In this document: positions 13,887-26,534 of the stretch, piece by piece
Layout: every line of letters begins with the position of its first letter
Numbering within the stretch: position 1 is the stretch's first letter
DNA from: Macrostomum lignano
Lineage: Eukaryota
Assembly (NCBI GenBank): GCA_002269645.1
Contig: NIVC01000126.1
Span: 248,001-312,000 of the forward strand
Direction of reading: 5' to 3'
DNA: 64,000 nt
Program-made: the position numbers and the translations under genes
The notes under the pieces: generated by a model
What the model was told of the DNA's origin: nothing
The model's input: only the letters and a program-made list of their open reading frames with translations
Databases searched by the model: none

Positions 13887-16800
13887 CTATCCTATCTGAT
13901 AACTGCCGTTAGCCAAACCATTTGCTCTCCGCTGATTCGAGCCCTCCTGCTCATCAGCTTGCCGGACGCTTTCAGGTTCCTCATCGTCCAAGTCCAAGTC
14001 CATGCCGCTGTTGACGCCATTCATTGCCAAGCCGCCTGGGATTCCGCCAGCGGGCCGGCAGCCTCGTCGCTGATTCTCAATAAATCTCTCCCTAGAAGTC
14101 AGAATCGAGTTGAACGCGAACAGCCTCAGGCAGAGTTCGATCATCTCGCAGAGTGTGAGCACGCTCATGCCAAGATAGAGTCCCAGTATGCCGCCGATGT
14201 CGGACATGAGATCGTACACTTGATAGCCCCAGTTCTCCTCGGTGAGCAGACCCAGGCCGAGGCTGTCACCGACTCGAATTCGTAACGCCAGGAAATTCTG
14301 CGCCACTGTGGTGTCCTGGCTCTCGTCTAGCCGGTTGAACGCTTGATGCAGATGCCAGTTGGTCGCTCGGACGAAGTCCGTGTTGATCGTTTGCGCCGAT
14401 CGTGACGTTCCATTGAGAAAGAACACGTTGGATTGAAGCCATCGTTCGAGCAGCGGCTGGAGAAACTCGCCGGTTGACACTGGCCAAGCGTTCGACATGA
14501 AGCCTACTGAGTAGGTCCTAGTGAGACAGTTCTCTAAGCAGCTCTGCATTCTGGTGTCGTTGGTCACCAGGATGCGAGCCATTCTCAAGCATGTCTCATT
14601 GTCCAACAGGCTCTCAATAATGGTTGGCAGCCGGTAAGTCCCATTGCTGCTCTGGTTGGTGCTGTTGAACACTTCGCTCACTAGATCGATGATGTAGCCT
14701 GGGTCCGGACTGGACGAGTTCAGGTACAAGTTCGACAGGTTGCCCCTGCGATGCTGTTCGATAACTTCTGATCCAATCGGTTTGTTTGGATCCACGAATC
14801 CGCAGTTTTCCACCAGGTATTCCTGAGCAGCCCGAACTCGACAGTCGGTTGGCAATTTCTTGAACTGTTCCAGCGTTGCTTTGCCATCCTTCACCACCAT
14901 GTAGCTTGTGGTGTCCGACGGTCCGGAGGCTCCCGTGTCCAGACACTGCATCTTCCTAGTGTTCATGGCCGTGTACTTTTGATAACGAACGTCTACTATG
15001 GTTTCCTGATTGTTTGAGGCTTCTATTAGAAGACCATTGGTTGGATAGGTGCCTGGGAGGTGAATGAGCACGGCTGCTCCACCGTTCGTCTGCATGTTGA
15101 ACTCGTCGCCTACAAAAATTGAAATAATTAAACTTTGTTTCAAGGATTCGACTGGTGTCTAATTAACGTGCTCAGCGGTAAACGTATCCGACTCTCGCGC
15201 CGTACGACCCCTGGTTCGATTCCGTGCCCGATTGTCGTGCGATTTACAGGCATGAAGGCCATCCCCAAGGCACAGAGAGCGTACATGCCCTGACAATTAG
15301 AAAGTCAGGTCCGTTTCACACCCCCTGTGTGAGCGTGTGTATGAGTGCGTGCCTGAGTACAGTATCCGCACGCTTGAGTGTGCTCAATCCTCAGAATTAG
15401 TTTTGAGATGTCGCCGAAGGCGTTGCGCAAGTGTGCCCGCAGCCGTCCTGCAGGAATTATTTTTACTTAAACGCGATCGATTCGAACGCCTTACCGCTGA
15501 GCTACCCAAAAACCTTCAAACCGTACCTGGCACGTTGGCTAAAGCCGCCGTGATGTCTGGATGCCGGTTCACCGAGTCAGTGAACAGCACCATTCGCAAT
15601 TCGTTCAGATCGTTCACCAAAGTGCCCCGTCGTTGTCGGAACTGATCCAGGCTAAACGTCAGGCAGGATGGATAGGCGGTCAGCGTCATCGCGGAGAAGT
15701 CATTGTGGTCGCAGGCCAGAGAACCGAACGAGCACCAGAGCAGCATCTCTTTGGGATCGAGGGCGAACTGGGAGACTCTCTCCAAGCCGTAGGTGTCTCG
15801 GATGACCAAATCTGTGGGTTTAATGTCTGTCACAATGAGCTTTTTTCGTCGACAGCGAGCGTAAAAAATCGTGAGTTTTAGCTTTGTCGAGTAACTTTGT
15901 CTTCATCTTTTTTGTCGCTAGAGGGTGGTGTAGCCTAGTGATTAGAGCGCCGGACTCACGACTTGAGTCATGAGTCGGGGGTTCGATTCCGGATCCCACT
16001 GGAATTAAATGGCTGCCAGCATTAGCTGGGGTGATTGAAGGCGTGTGTGGCGACCCCCCCCCCCAGTCTTCGGACTGAACAGCCGTACGCAGCCTTCAGA
16101 TGCGCCGCGCAATAGCTGCGGCTGAGCTGTCGGCTGCACATCTGCCGTTATGGCAGGTATAATCAATTAGTATATTATTATACCTTTTTACGTTCTATTT
16201 GATAAAAACTGCAACCAATTTGGCCACGGCTCAGCCTGACGCAGCCGCAGCAATTTTCCATAGACAGCCACCGCTAGCGGCAACCAATTTGGTAAAAACT
16301 GCGAGCTATTTTGCCAGCTTGAAGATAGCAGCTCAATAGCATAACAATAACGATAAAGAATGTTAACAATACATGCACGAAGTCAGAACATTATGTCCTC
16401 AGCATTCAAGCACCGATTGAAGTACGTCTGGGAATGGTTGATCCAGCGCAGGCACTTGAGAGGCGTGATGCAGTTCAGTGCTTGCTGCACTTCTCTCTTC
16501 AGAATGCGCATCCTGTGCTGATGCAGTGTCGCACCTGCTGCAGCAGCCAGTCCAGTATCTGCCAACTCTACCAGTTCGTTCATACGTGGTCACGATGTTC
16601 CTCACTGTCGGTTTCTTCATCCCCATCATTCTGCCAAGCTCTCTCCAGTCGTCGCCACTCCTGTACGCTCTCACGATTCGCTCTCGATCCAGCTGACTTA
16701 TCTTTTGGTACGGCCCACGATTCGCCATCAGAGCAGCTGCTATCTTCAAGCTGGCAAAATAGCTCGCAGTTTTTACCAAATTGGTTGCCGCTAGCGGTGG

Positions 16801-18455
16801 CTGTCTGTGGGAAATTCTATGTCTATGGTCAGGCTGAGCCGTGGCCAAATTGGTTGCAGTTTTTATCAAATAGAACGTAAAAAGGTATTTTATTGTCATG
16901 GACAACTAAAGTAAAAAGGACACTGCACGATGTTAAATCGTGGGAGTTTTAACTTTTTCGAGTAAATTAAGTTCGTCTTAGACTATAGACTATAGTATAG
17001 CATTTTGCAAGCTAGTAGAGACTACGAGCAAGCAATTTAATCCGAGATAGCAAAAACACATGCATTTTGAGCCTCACTGCTAGTTGTCTATGGTAAAAAG
17101 TGTGTCAAACCGGCAGGCAATTTAATCCTTGGAGCACCCATTTAAGCACTGAAATCCATAAACAGCGCTGTCTATGCCGTTCCACTCTCAGTTTTGTCAA
17201 TATGTCAGACGAAAGTGACCAAGCCAGCACCATTTTTGAAGACAGTGAAACATCTCGCAGTCGGAGCGCCCCTGTGCAATATGCTAAGATTAGCGACAAA
17301 AAGCATAGATTGATAATCGACGCTATCGACAGAGGCGATAACAACAGAAGCATTGCCAACTTAGCACGCAGGCAAGAATTCGCACAGGCTGCATCGCTGG
17401 AGATGTGATTATGTAACTTACTGAAGTTTAAACGTACATGTAAAAACTTTTCTGTCGTGTGTTTCTTTATATGCAGGTTTCGTTAAGCGAACTTTTTGCT
17501 GAACCTTGTTCTACGTCGTAACTTTTTCATATGGAGCTTCCTGGTTGGTTTGGTTGGAGGCTTGCATGAAATAAATGGAAAGGCCGAGCAAGATAGTGCT
17601 TAAATGAGTGCATCAAGGATTAAATTGCCTGCCGGTTTGACACACTTTTTACCATAGACAACTAGCAGTGAGGCTCAAAATGCATGTGTTTTTGCTATCT
17701 CGGATTAAATTGCTTGCTCGTAGTCTCTACTGGCTTGCAAAATGCTATAGTAGACTATAACAAATATATATTCTGGTTTAGTGCACCTCCACTTTAAGCT
17801 AATATTGTTAAAACTCAGGGCATTGCTAATTAATTACTATCGGAACCCAAAGACTCAGGTGAGAGGGAGTACCTAATTGAAGGAAGTGCTCCGGGGCATC
17901 ACCCTTTGAACTCAAGCTTTTGTCTCTATATGGCAGAAGAGCAGCGAAGTCAGCGCAACTCACTTGGCAGATTGTACAGACCGTCATCTTCAACCCTGAG
18001 CAGGCTCGTATCCGACTCGTAGTTGCCGAATTTCTCTAACAGATACTGCCGGACGCTCTTATTTAGAATGTCTCTGACTTGTTGAATATCGTCGTACAAT
18101 GGCTTAAATTTTTTATTCAAAGTGTATCTGAACACTGGCTTCGATGTTGTCGAATTTTGGGTCTTGTTTACCAGATGCTGGTCGAATATCTTGCTGATGG
18201 CGAACATCATCAGGTTGCACACGGTAATGTCCGGATAGAGAAACCTGCTGCCTTTGGGATCAATTTTTGTAGTAATTGGTTCGTCGAAGTATTTCACGAC
18301 TAGAGTGACCAGGTGAACGCTGAAGCCCACGAAGGCGCACCCGATGAGTATCAGCCAGCCGATCTGGAAGGCTCTGACTGGATGGTTCAGCTTGTGAAAA
18401 CCATGAGCAGTTGTGCTGGCTGCAAAGAACCTCAGTGTGTCTACTCGCTTCTGTG

Positions 18456-18543
<88 letters not shown>

Positions 18544-18834
18544 AGGCTGCTGCTGCTGAGGCTGAGGCTGCTGCTGCTGAGGCTGCTGCTGCTGAGGCTG
18601 AGGCTGCTGCTGCTGAGGCTGCTGCTGCTGAGGCTGAGGCTGCTGCTGCTGAGGCTGCTGCTGCTGAGGCTGAGGCTGCTGCTGCTGAGGCTGCTGCTGC
18701 TGAGGCTGAGGCTGCTGCTGCTGAGGCTGCTGCTGCTGAGGCTGCAGGACGTGCCTAGACTGAGACGGAATGCCAACTATTGCTGCTGTTGCTGCTGCAG
18801 CAGCGGATACGGAATGGGGTGGCGCCTGTCTCAT
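13887..18834 (-). CDS. DEG/ENaC (ASIC/FaNaC superfamily) channel subunit, ~792 aa, 3 exons
   Basis: Exons 18834-17964, 15811-15527 (alternative acceptor 15826), 15109-13887, phase 1/1, total 2379 nt. Motifs: pre-TM1 STTAHGF, post-TM1 YPDITVCN, WCSFGSLACDHNDF..YPSCLTF, TM2 DLMSDIGGILGLYLGMSVLTLCE with GxS filter. Confidence 0.93.
15168..15430 (+). mobile_element. tRNA-derived SINE, family A (ENaC intron 2)
   Basis: GCTCAGCGGTAAACG A-box, GGTTCGATTCC B-box, body colinear with 2944-3230. Confidence 0.7.
15923..16144 (+). mobile_element. tRNA-derived SINE, family B, CORE region deleted
   Basis: GGTGTAGCCTAGTGATTAGAGCG..GGGGTTCGATTCC head; 3' ~120 bp almost identical to 59400-59520. Confidence 0.8.
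16183..16885 (-). mobile_element. Non-autonomous Tc1/mariner-type DNA transposon (internally deleted)
   Basis: ~150-bp imperfect TIRs (16183-16333 / 16734-16885), TA on both sides; retains HTH start MANRGPYQKISQLDRERIVRAYRSGDDWRELGRMMGMKKPTVRNIV and C-terminal ITPLKCLRWINHSQTYFNRCLNAEDIMF. Confidence 0.85.
16998..17747 (+). mobile_element. Second non-autonomous Tc1/mariner-type element
   Basis: 153-bp TIRs (16998-17150 / 17595-17747), TA-flanked; internal remnant YAKISDKKHRLIIDAIDRGDNNRSIA resembles the HTH start of the neighbouring element. Confidence 0.8.
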
Positions 18835-19307
18835 AATATTTTATCAGATCGAAAAATTCTTGCCTTTATCAAACTGACTCTGAACTTGATAACTTTCTCT
18901 GCATCTCTGCATCCGAACCAGTTCTGAGACGCTCTAAGAAATTTCAAGAGTCGTCCATCTACAAGAGGAAGCCTTTCAACCAATCAGATCAGTCTCTCTT
19001 CAGTGTTGACGTCAAGGTGTTATATTACTGTAGTTTTCCATCAAGCATTCCAAGTCTGTTCCGCATCTTTAGGTTGACTGGGAGTTGCTTCTTTCGAGGA
19101 CAAAGTAAAGTTAAATTCAATTATGAATATTAGCTCTGTTCGGCTGTCTAATCAGTGTAAAAGTTGCGACTTGTCTGGTTAAAAAAATTGGGTTTTTCCC
19201 ATCCCCGAGCGAGAGCTGTGCTGGATTCACATTTCACTGTGCATTTGACAGAGCTGTGCATGTCAACACATTTCAAGAAATTTGGTTTATGCAACAGTCT
19301 CAACTTC

Positions 19308-19422
19308 AACTAACTAACTAACTAAATAACTAACTAACTAACTAACTAAATAACTAACTAAATAACTAAATAACTAACTGACTAACTAACTAACTAACTA
19401 AATAACTAACTAACTAACTAAT

Positions 19423-19461
<39 letters not shown>

Positions 19462-19462
19462 T

Positions 19463-19505
<43 letters not shown>

Positions 19506-19566
19506 ATAACTAACTAAATAACTAAATAACTAACTGACTAACTAACTAACTAACTAACTAACTAAT

Positions 19567-19613
<47 letters not shown>

Positions 19614-19614
19614 T

Positions 19615-19657
<43 letters not shown>

Positions 19658-19718
19658 ATAACTAACTAAATAACTAAATAACTAACTGACTAACTAACTA
19701 ACTAACTAACTAACTAAT

Positions 19719-19761
<43 letters not shown>

Positions 19762-19762
19762 T

Positions 19763-19793
<31 letters not shown>

Positions 19794-20006
19794 ATAACTA
19801 AATAACTAACTAACTAACTAACTAACTGACTGACTAACTAACTAACTAAATAACTGACTAAATAACTAACTAACTAACTAAGTAACTAACTAAGTAACTA
19901 ACTAACTAACTAACTTACTTACTTACTTACTTACTAACTAAGTAACTAAGTAACTAACTAACTAACTAACTTACTTACTTACTTACTTACTAACTAAGTA
20001 ACTAAG

Positions 20007-20037
<31 letters not shown>

Positions 20038-20103
20038 ATAACTAACTAACAAATTAACTGCCCAACTAACTAACTAGCTAACTAACTAACTTGACTAACT
20101 AAC
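19308..20103. repeat. (AACT)n microsatellite
   Basis: ~800 bp of AACT with AAAT/AAGT/ACTT variants. Confidence 0.97.
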
Positions 20104-20914
20104 AACCTTTATTTCATTAGTTTGAAGGTAATCAAAACTTTGCAACCTTTTTCTCCTTACTACTGTTCTTCAGTAGTTTATTAAGGAAGGTACTTTAATT
20201 CTTAGAAAATAATCACCCTTCTGTCATTGCGTAGGAATATTCTGTATTTTAACGATCTGTCAGCTAATCAGATAGGACGAAAAAAAGCAAATTGAATGAT
20301 TTTTTACCAGTAAATTTCTAAAAATATACGTTAATTAAAAATACAAAAGCAAAGTAAATTTGCTGTCAGCTCTCTTTTAATTGATGCGAACTCAATACTG
20401 CTCTTCATTATTTCTTTTAAAACCGTCATTCAATTCTATTTTCCTAAAAAATTGAGTTAAAATTTAAACGGACTTAGGCCTTTGATCTTGCGGGCTCACA
20501 GCCAAAACAACATTTTATAAGGCGTCAATATAATTCGGGAAAATTTTTAAACTGGACAGATAATTTTTGAAATGTTTTAAGGTACTTTAATTAGGTCTTT
20601 AATAGGGGCTTGGGATATGTAGAGAGTGCCTTTGCGATTTTTAGGGAAACTTATGGATCTGTAGACTGACTTTGGAATCCTAAGGGGACTTTGAAATCGT
20701 AAGGGGGACTTTGGGATCTGTAGGCGAAGTTTGAATCTTCTAAAGGGGACTTTGGGATTCTCAGGGACTCTATGATCACTAGAAAGGAGAGCTGCATTCC
20801 ACTTTGGGATGTTTAGAGGAACTTTGGGATCTCCAATTTATATAATACTTCTGTATGTACATGAAATGAAAGAATAATTTTCAAGTTTCTAAACTCATTC
20901 AGGGTAAGCATCAG

Positions 20915-23900
20915 TTAACGTGGACGTCTGCAGCGAAGCAGGCGGCCGAACGCCCTTCGAAAATCCGCATTGAAAATGGTGTAGATAACCGGGTTCAGGG
21001 CCGAGTTCAAATAGCCAAGCCACACAAACAGGTCGAACACCGCTTTGGGAGCCGGCAGGTCCCAGACTCCGCCCAGGTAGACTACAAAAAATGGCAGCCA
21101 ACAGAGCATGAAAATTCCCATAATGATGCCGAGAGTTCTCAAAGCTCGGCGCTCATGGCTCAGGGATATTCTCTGCCGGTGTTGAGATTGCTCAACCAGC
21201 ATCCGTGACATGGCCGCCTCGGTTGGACGCCTTCCCGCTGCTTCGCCGTCGCCTCTGGCGTCCACGAAACCTTGGTCGTCGTCAGCCTCGTTGTCCAGAT
21301 CGTTTTGCTTGTTTTCGTCTTCTTGAAGCTGCTGCTGCTGAGTCGGCTGCGGGCGCGCATGATGTTGATTAGCTTCGCTGCTGTCGTCCTAGAAAATGAA
21401 ATTTATGCGTTTGCCGCGGTTTTATTTTGTTTAATTGCGTGCTATTTACTGACGTGTTTTTGTTGCTTCAATGCGTGTCATTTATCGCGTTTAATACTGC
21501 TGAAGTACTCGTACATTTCGTTTGTCGTTTCTTGTTTAAATGCGTGCTATTTATCGCGTTATTTTTGCGTTTCTTTGAAAATGCATGGTCATATCGTGTT
21601 TTTTGTTATTTTAGCGCGTGAAGTTCATCGTGTTTATTTGTAGTTGCTATTTATCCCGTTTCTTTTTGTTTAAAAGCTTTCTATTTATAGTGTTTGTTGT
21701 TGTTTTAATGCGTATACTTGATCATATCTGTTGCTATTAAAATGTCACTTTTATGTATGCTGTTTAAATTTAGTAACAGTTCCATCCGTGTGTTCCATTC
21801 TTGCGTCTTGTTATTTGTTTAAATGTGTGTCCTTTCGTGTTTTTAAAAATGCATTTGTCATTTTTTGTTTTTTTGTTTTTTAATATTGTCACATTTGAAA
21901 ACAACTAAAGGATAGGGGAGGGTAAAGTGCAATGGGAGATAGGGGAGGGTAAAGTGCAATGGGAGATAGGGGAGGGTAAAGTGCAATGAGAGATAGGGGA
22001 GGGTAAAGTGCAATGGGAGATGGGGGAGAGTAAAGTGCAATGGGAGATAGGGGAGAGTAAAGTGCAATGGGAGATAGGGGAGGGTAAAGTGCAATGGGAG
22101 ATAGGGGAGAGTAAAGTGCAATGGGAGATGGGGGAGGGTAAAGTGCAATGGGAGATAGGGGAGAGTAAAGTGCAATGGGAGATAGGGGAGAGTAAAGTGC
22201 AATGGGAGATAGGGGAGAGTAAAGTGCAATGGGAGATGGGGGAGGGTAAAGTGCAATGAGAGATAGGGGAGAGTAAAGTTAGGGGAGAGTAAAGTGCAAT
22301 GGGAGATAGGGGAGAGTAAAGTGCAATGGGAGATGGGGGAGGGTAAAGTGCAATGAGAGATAGGGGAGAGTAAAGTTAGGGGAGGGTAAAGTGCAATGGG
22401 AGATAGGGGAGGGTAGAGGCTAAGGAAGATAGGGGAGGGTAAAGGGCAAAGGCGGCAGGAGAGGGTAAAGGGTAAGGGAGACAGGGGAGCGTATTATGCA
22501 CGGTTGCATGCAATTGTGTTCTAAACTTTCGCCGGGACAAATCAAAAGTACAATTGGTAACTTCGTTCCTTCAAGATAATATACCAACAGAAACCTAATA
22601 ATCAGGTTTTCTTGTATAGTAATTAGCAAATTGCAGAAATGCAGAATCGAAGATCCTTAAAGTTTAGAGCTAATCCGAAGATCGCATAGTCATTAGCTAA
22701 CTGTCTAGCGCTGGGAATCGAGCTCGCGAACTCTGATTTGGGTCAATAATTGGGTTTGCCGGCAACGGTCTTTTGGGGGATTTTTATTCCTGACCTTTTC
22801 TTCAAGTTCTTTGGCTCTTTTGATTTCGGGGCTTTCTCCTTCGCTGTGCGTTATGCCTCTCTCTACCCTCTGGTCTGTTCTACTCTCACTTCTACTCTCT
22901 AGTTAGTGTGTTCTACTCTCACTTCTACTCTCTAGTTAGTGTGTTCTACTCTCACTTCTACTCTATAGTAAGTGTGTTCTACTCTCACTTCTACTCTCTA
23001 GTTAGTGTGTTCTACTCTCACTTCTACTCTTTAGTTAGTGTGTTCTACTCTCACTTCTACTCTCTAGTTAGTGTGTTCTACTCTCACTTCTACTCTCTAG
23101 TTAGTGTGTTCTACTCTCACTTCTACTCTCTAGTAAGTGTGTTCTACTCTCACTTCTACTCTCTAGTAAGTGTGTTCTACTCTCACTTCTACTCTCTAGT
23201 TAGTGTGTTCTACTCTCACTTCTACTCTCTAGTAAGTGTGTTCTACTCTCACTTCTACTCTCTAGTAAGTGTGTTCTACTCTCACTTCTACTCTCTAGTA
23301 AGTGTGTTCTACTCTCACTTCTACTCTCTAGTTAGTGTGTTCTACTCTCACTTCTACTCTCTAGTAAGTGTGTTCTACTCTCACTTCTACTCTCTAGTTA
23401 GTGTGTTCTACTCTCACTTCTACTCTCTAGTTAGTGTGTTCTACTCTAAATAAAATCAGCACTCATAAGAAGTAGTTGTCAAGCGAGTAAGCTTATAGTC
23501 GGGTGCCGAGTGCAACCTCAGACAGCATAATAACATTTATTAGTTTTGTCTAATTAGGGGCCGTGCATCAAAACTTCTGTAGACAGCATAATAAAATTTA
23601 TAGCATTGATGACTGCCTACCGCATTGATTGGTAGATTAACCAGTTCCCGAAGCTCTGATAAAACTCTGCTCACTTTTTTGTATTGCGTACTTTCTCGTG
23701 CTTACGCTCCCATACCCTCTCCTGCCGCCTTTGCCCTTTACCCTCCCCTATCTCCCCTACCCTTTTTTACACTCCTCTGTCTCCCTTGTCTTTTACCCTC
23801 CCCTGTCTGCCTCACCCTTTACCCTCCCCTGTCTCTCTCGCCCTTTACCCTCCCCTGTCTCCCTTGTCTTTTACCCTCACCTGTCTCTCTCGCCCTTTAC

Positions 23901-26534
23901 CCCCAGCTCCCTTGCCCTTTACCCTCCCCTAATTTTTAGTCTTACCCTCACCCTTTACCCTCCCCTGTCTCTCTTACACTTTACCCTCCCCTATCTCCCA
24001 TTGCACTTTACCCTCCCCTATCTCCCATTGCACTTTACCCTCCCCTATCTCCCATTGCACTTTACCCTCCCCTGTCTCCCATTGCACTTTACCCTCCCCT
24101 ATCTCCCATTGCACTTTACCCTCCCCTATCTCCCATTGCACTTTACCCTCCCCTGTCTCCCATTGCACTTTACCCTCCCCTATCTCCCATTGCACTTAAA
24201 TGATTGACAGGTACAGGTATAACATCTGATAGTTTCCTGTTTCAGTTAGTGAAGACTTGGCTCTGATATTGTATTATTTCCAGACTAAAGCCATCAGATA
24301 CATCGACAGGAAGGCAGCTATGCTAATCTTAATCTTCGTCTGTTTTTGCTTGGTTTTTTGTTTAGGTTTCTGTTGCTGAGAAACCGATTAATTTAGTCAA
24401 TTGCGTGCCAGCTTTTGCGGCTTCTATAAATTCTAGGATTTAATATAAACTCGCAGGGTGAGATTTTTCAGTGTTGAGATTTCCAGGATGAAATTCTTTG
24501 GGTCAAAATCCGAGGTTGAGATTTTCAAAGTGAGATTCTCAGCGCAAGATTACCAGGGTGAGATTATCAAGGTAATAAGATTATCAGGTTGAGATGATCA
24601 AGGTGAGATTATAAATGTGAGATGATCAAGGTGAGATATCAAGGTGAGATTATCAGGGTAATAAGATCATCAGGTTGAGATTATCAAGGTGAGATTAGCA
24701 GGGTGAGATTAGCAGGGTGAGATTATCAAGGTGAGATAACGGCAAACGCGCGAGTTCTGAAGCAATTACATTGTAGATAATCGTTGAGGAATTCCTTAAT
24801 CCAGAACATTTCTATGCAAAATCATAAAGCAATAAAAAATATCAATCGACGATATTTACTGGCTGAGAAATCAAAGCCTTAAAAATAAAACTTAGATTTT
24901 TGCTAATGAGATTGTTCAGAAACGAGTCAAAACTTTCACTGCTTTTTAGTCAGTGTCAGGGATTACCAAAAATAACACGTGGATTGGATTGCTCACTGTA
25001 AGATTTCCTGTAAAGATTTCAATTCAACCATGTCATTGAAACAAGAAGAGAATAGGGCAGCAAAGACAGTTCCAATGGAATTTCTTTCTTGCTCTTTCTA
25101 AATTATTTCTAACTCTAATTTCTAATTTTAACTTATACATACGAGTCTAGAGATTATAGATACACGAGTCGAAAGATTAAATCTATATAATACATTTTTA
25201 AAGTTTGATTAGATATGCGACTCTAATAAATTGATTAGACGATTTGAGATTAGATTCAGACGATTTGAGATTAGATTTAGACGATCTGAGATTAGATCAG
25301 CTGATTTGAGATTAGGTCAGGCGATCTGAGATTAGATCAGCTGATTTGAGATTAGATCAGCCGATTTGAGATTAGATCAGCCGATTTGAGATTAGATCAG
25401 ACGATTTGAGATTAGATTCAGACGATTTGAGATTAGATCAGCTGATTTGAGATTAGATCAGCCGATTTGAGATTAGATCAGACGATTTGAGATTAGATTC
25501 AGACGATTTGAGATTAGATTCAGACGATTTGAGATTAGATCAGACGATTTGAGATTAGATTCAGATGATTTGAGATTAGATTCAGATGATTTGAGATTAG
25601 ATCAGCTGATTTGAGATTAGATCAGACGATTTGAAATTAGATTCAGACGATTTGAGATTAGATTCGGACGATTTGAGATTATATCAGACGATTTGAGATT
25701 AGATCGATTTGAATTCAGAATGTATAATTTAATTTTCTTGCTCACCTGAGCAGCCTGATGAAGCTGGTTAATTCGATGCGCAGCAGACGCAGCCGCCCTC
25801 TTCTGCAGCCGGCGTCGCAGAGCAAAGAAGATGCTGATGTAGAGCGATATGATTATCACAGCCGGTATATAGAAACTCCCCATAGCGCTGAAGAACACAT
25901 AGCCTTTCTGTTCTGGTAATTTGCATTTTCCCATTGAAATTTCCGTAATATTATTAATATTATCAATAGTATTAATAGTAGTATTAACCGTAGGATATTC
26001 TTTATTCGCCGAGTTCCAACTAAGTGTCGGACCAATGCTAATTAGTCCGCTCAAAAAGAAAATTGCAAAAATCATTAATAGCACTGTGGTTGTTGTTCTC
26101 TTGGTGGCGTAGGCAATGGGGTACTTGATAGCGCAATACCTGTCCACTGCTATGCCGGCTAGGTTTAGAATACTCGCCGTGCAAAAGAATATATCAGATG
26201 TAGTGAACGCGGCGCACAGCATCCAGGGTAGCAACCACTCTTCATCAGTGACGTACAGCTTCACTTGCAGAGGCAGTACCAGGATGCCAACAGCCATGTC
26301 TGCGCAGGCCAGACTAACGATCAGGAAATTCTGCGCTTGACGCAGAAGACGCGACGTGAGCACGGCCAGAATGACCAGGGCATTACCGCAAATGGTCATA
26401 GCAATGACTATGGTCATGAGACCGGCGGTTAGCCATTTCTCATAGTGGAAATTGTCGGGCATATTTGAAGAGCTATTTTGAGCAGACTGCAGACTGCAGG
26501 TAGACGTCATTGAATTTGGCCCTTTATTTACCAT
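20915..26534 (-). CDS. Biogenic amine GPCR, type-1 tyramine (Oct-TyrR/TAR1)-like, ~420 aa, 2 exons
   Basis: Exons 26534-25746 and 21388-20915 (phase 0). TM3 [21 protein letters not shown] with Asp3.32; TM5 [10 protein letters not shown]; [30 protein letters not shown] closely follows the tyramine-receptor [22 protein letters not shown] signature; NPVIY in TM7. Confidence 0.9.
21911..22480 (-). repeat. 27-bp minisatellite arm (GGGAGAGTAAAGTGCAATGGGAGATAG)
   Basis: About 19 units plus a unique head; reverse complement of 23700-24196. Confidence 0.92.
22876..23448. repeat. 33-bp minisatellite (TTCTACTCTCACTTCTACTCTCTAGTTAGTGTG)
   Basis: About 17 units; gives the [14 protein letters not shown]. 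Confidence 0.95.
23700..24196 (+). repeat. 27-bp minisatellite arm, inverted relative to 21911-22480
   Basis: CTTTACCCTCCCCTATCTCCCATTGCA units, degenerate on the left. Confidence 0.9.
25232..25710. repeat. ~20-bp minisatellite (GATTTGAGATTAGATCAGAC)
   Basis: Starts ~35 nt after the GPCR donor; a related degenerate GAGATT repeat lies at 24430-24728. Confidence 0.9.

Noticed and set aside
18313-18927. Poly-Leu/Ala/Ser ORFs
   Set aside because: Other frames of the ENaC polyQ tract.
22876-23448. Regular arrays resembling CRISPR
   Set aside because: No unique spacers, no cas genes, eukaryotic intron context; the same applies to all arrays here.
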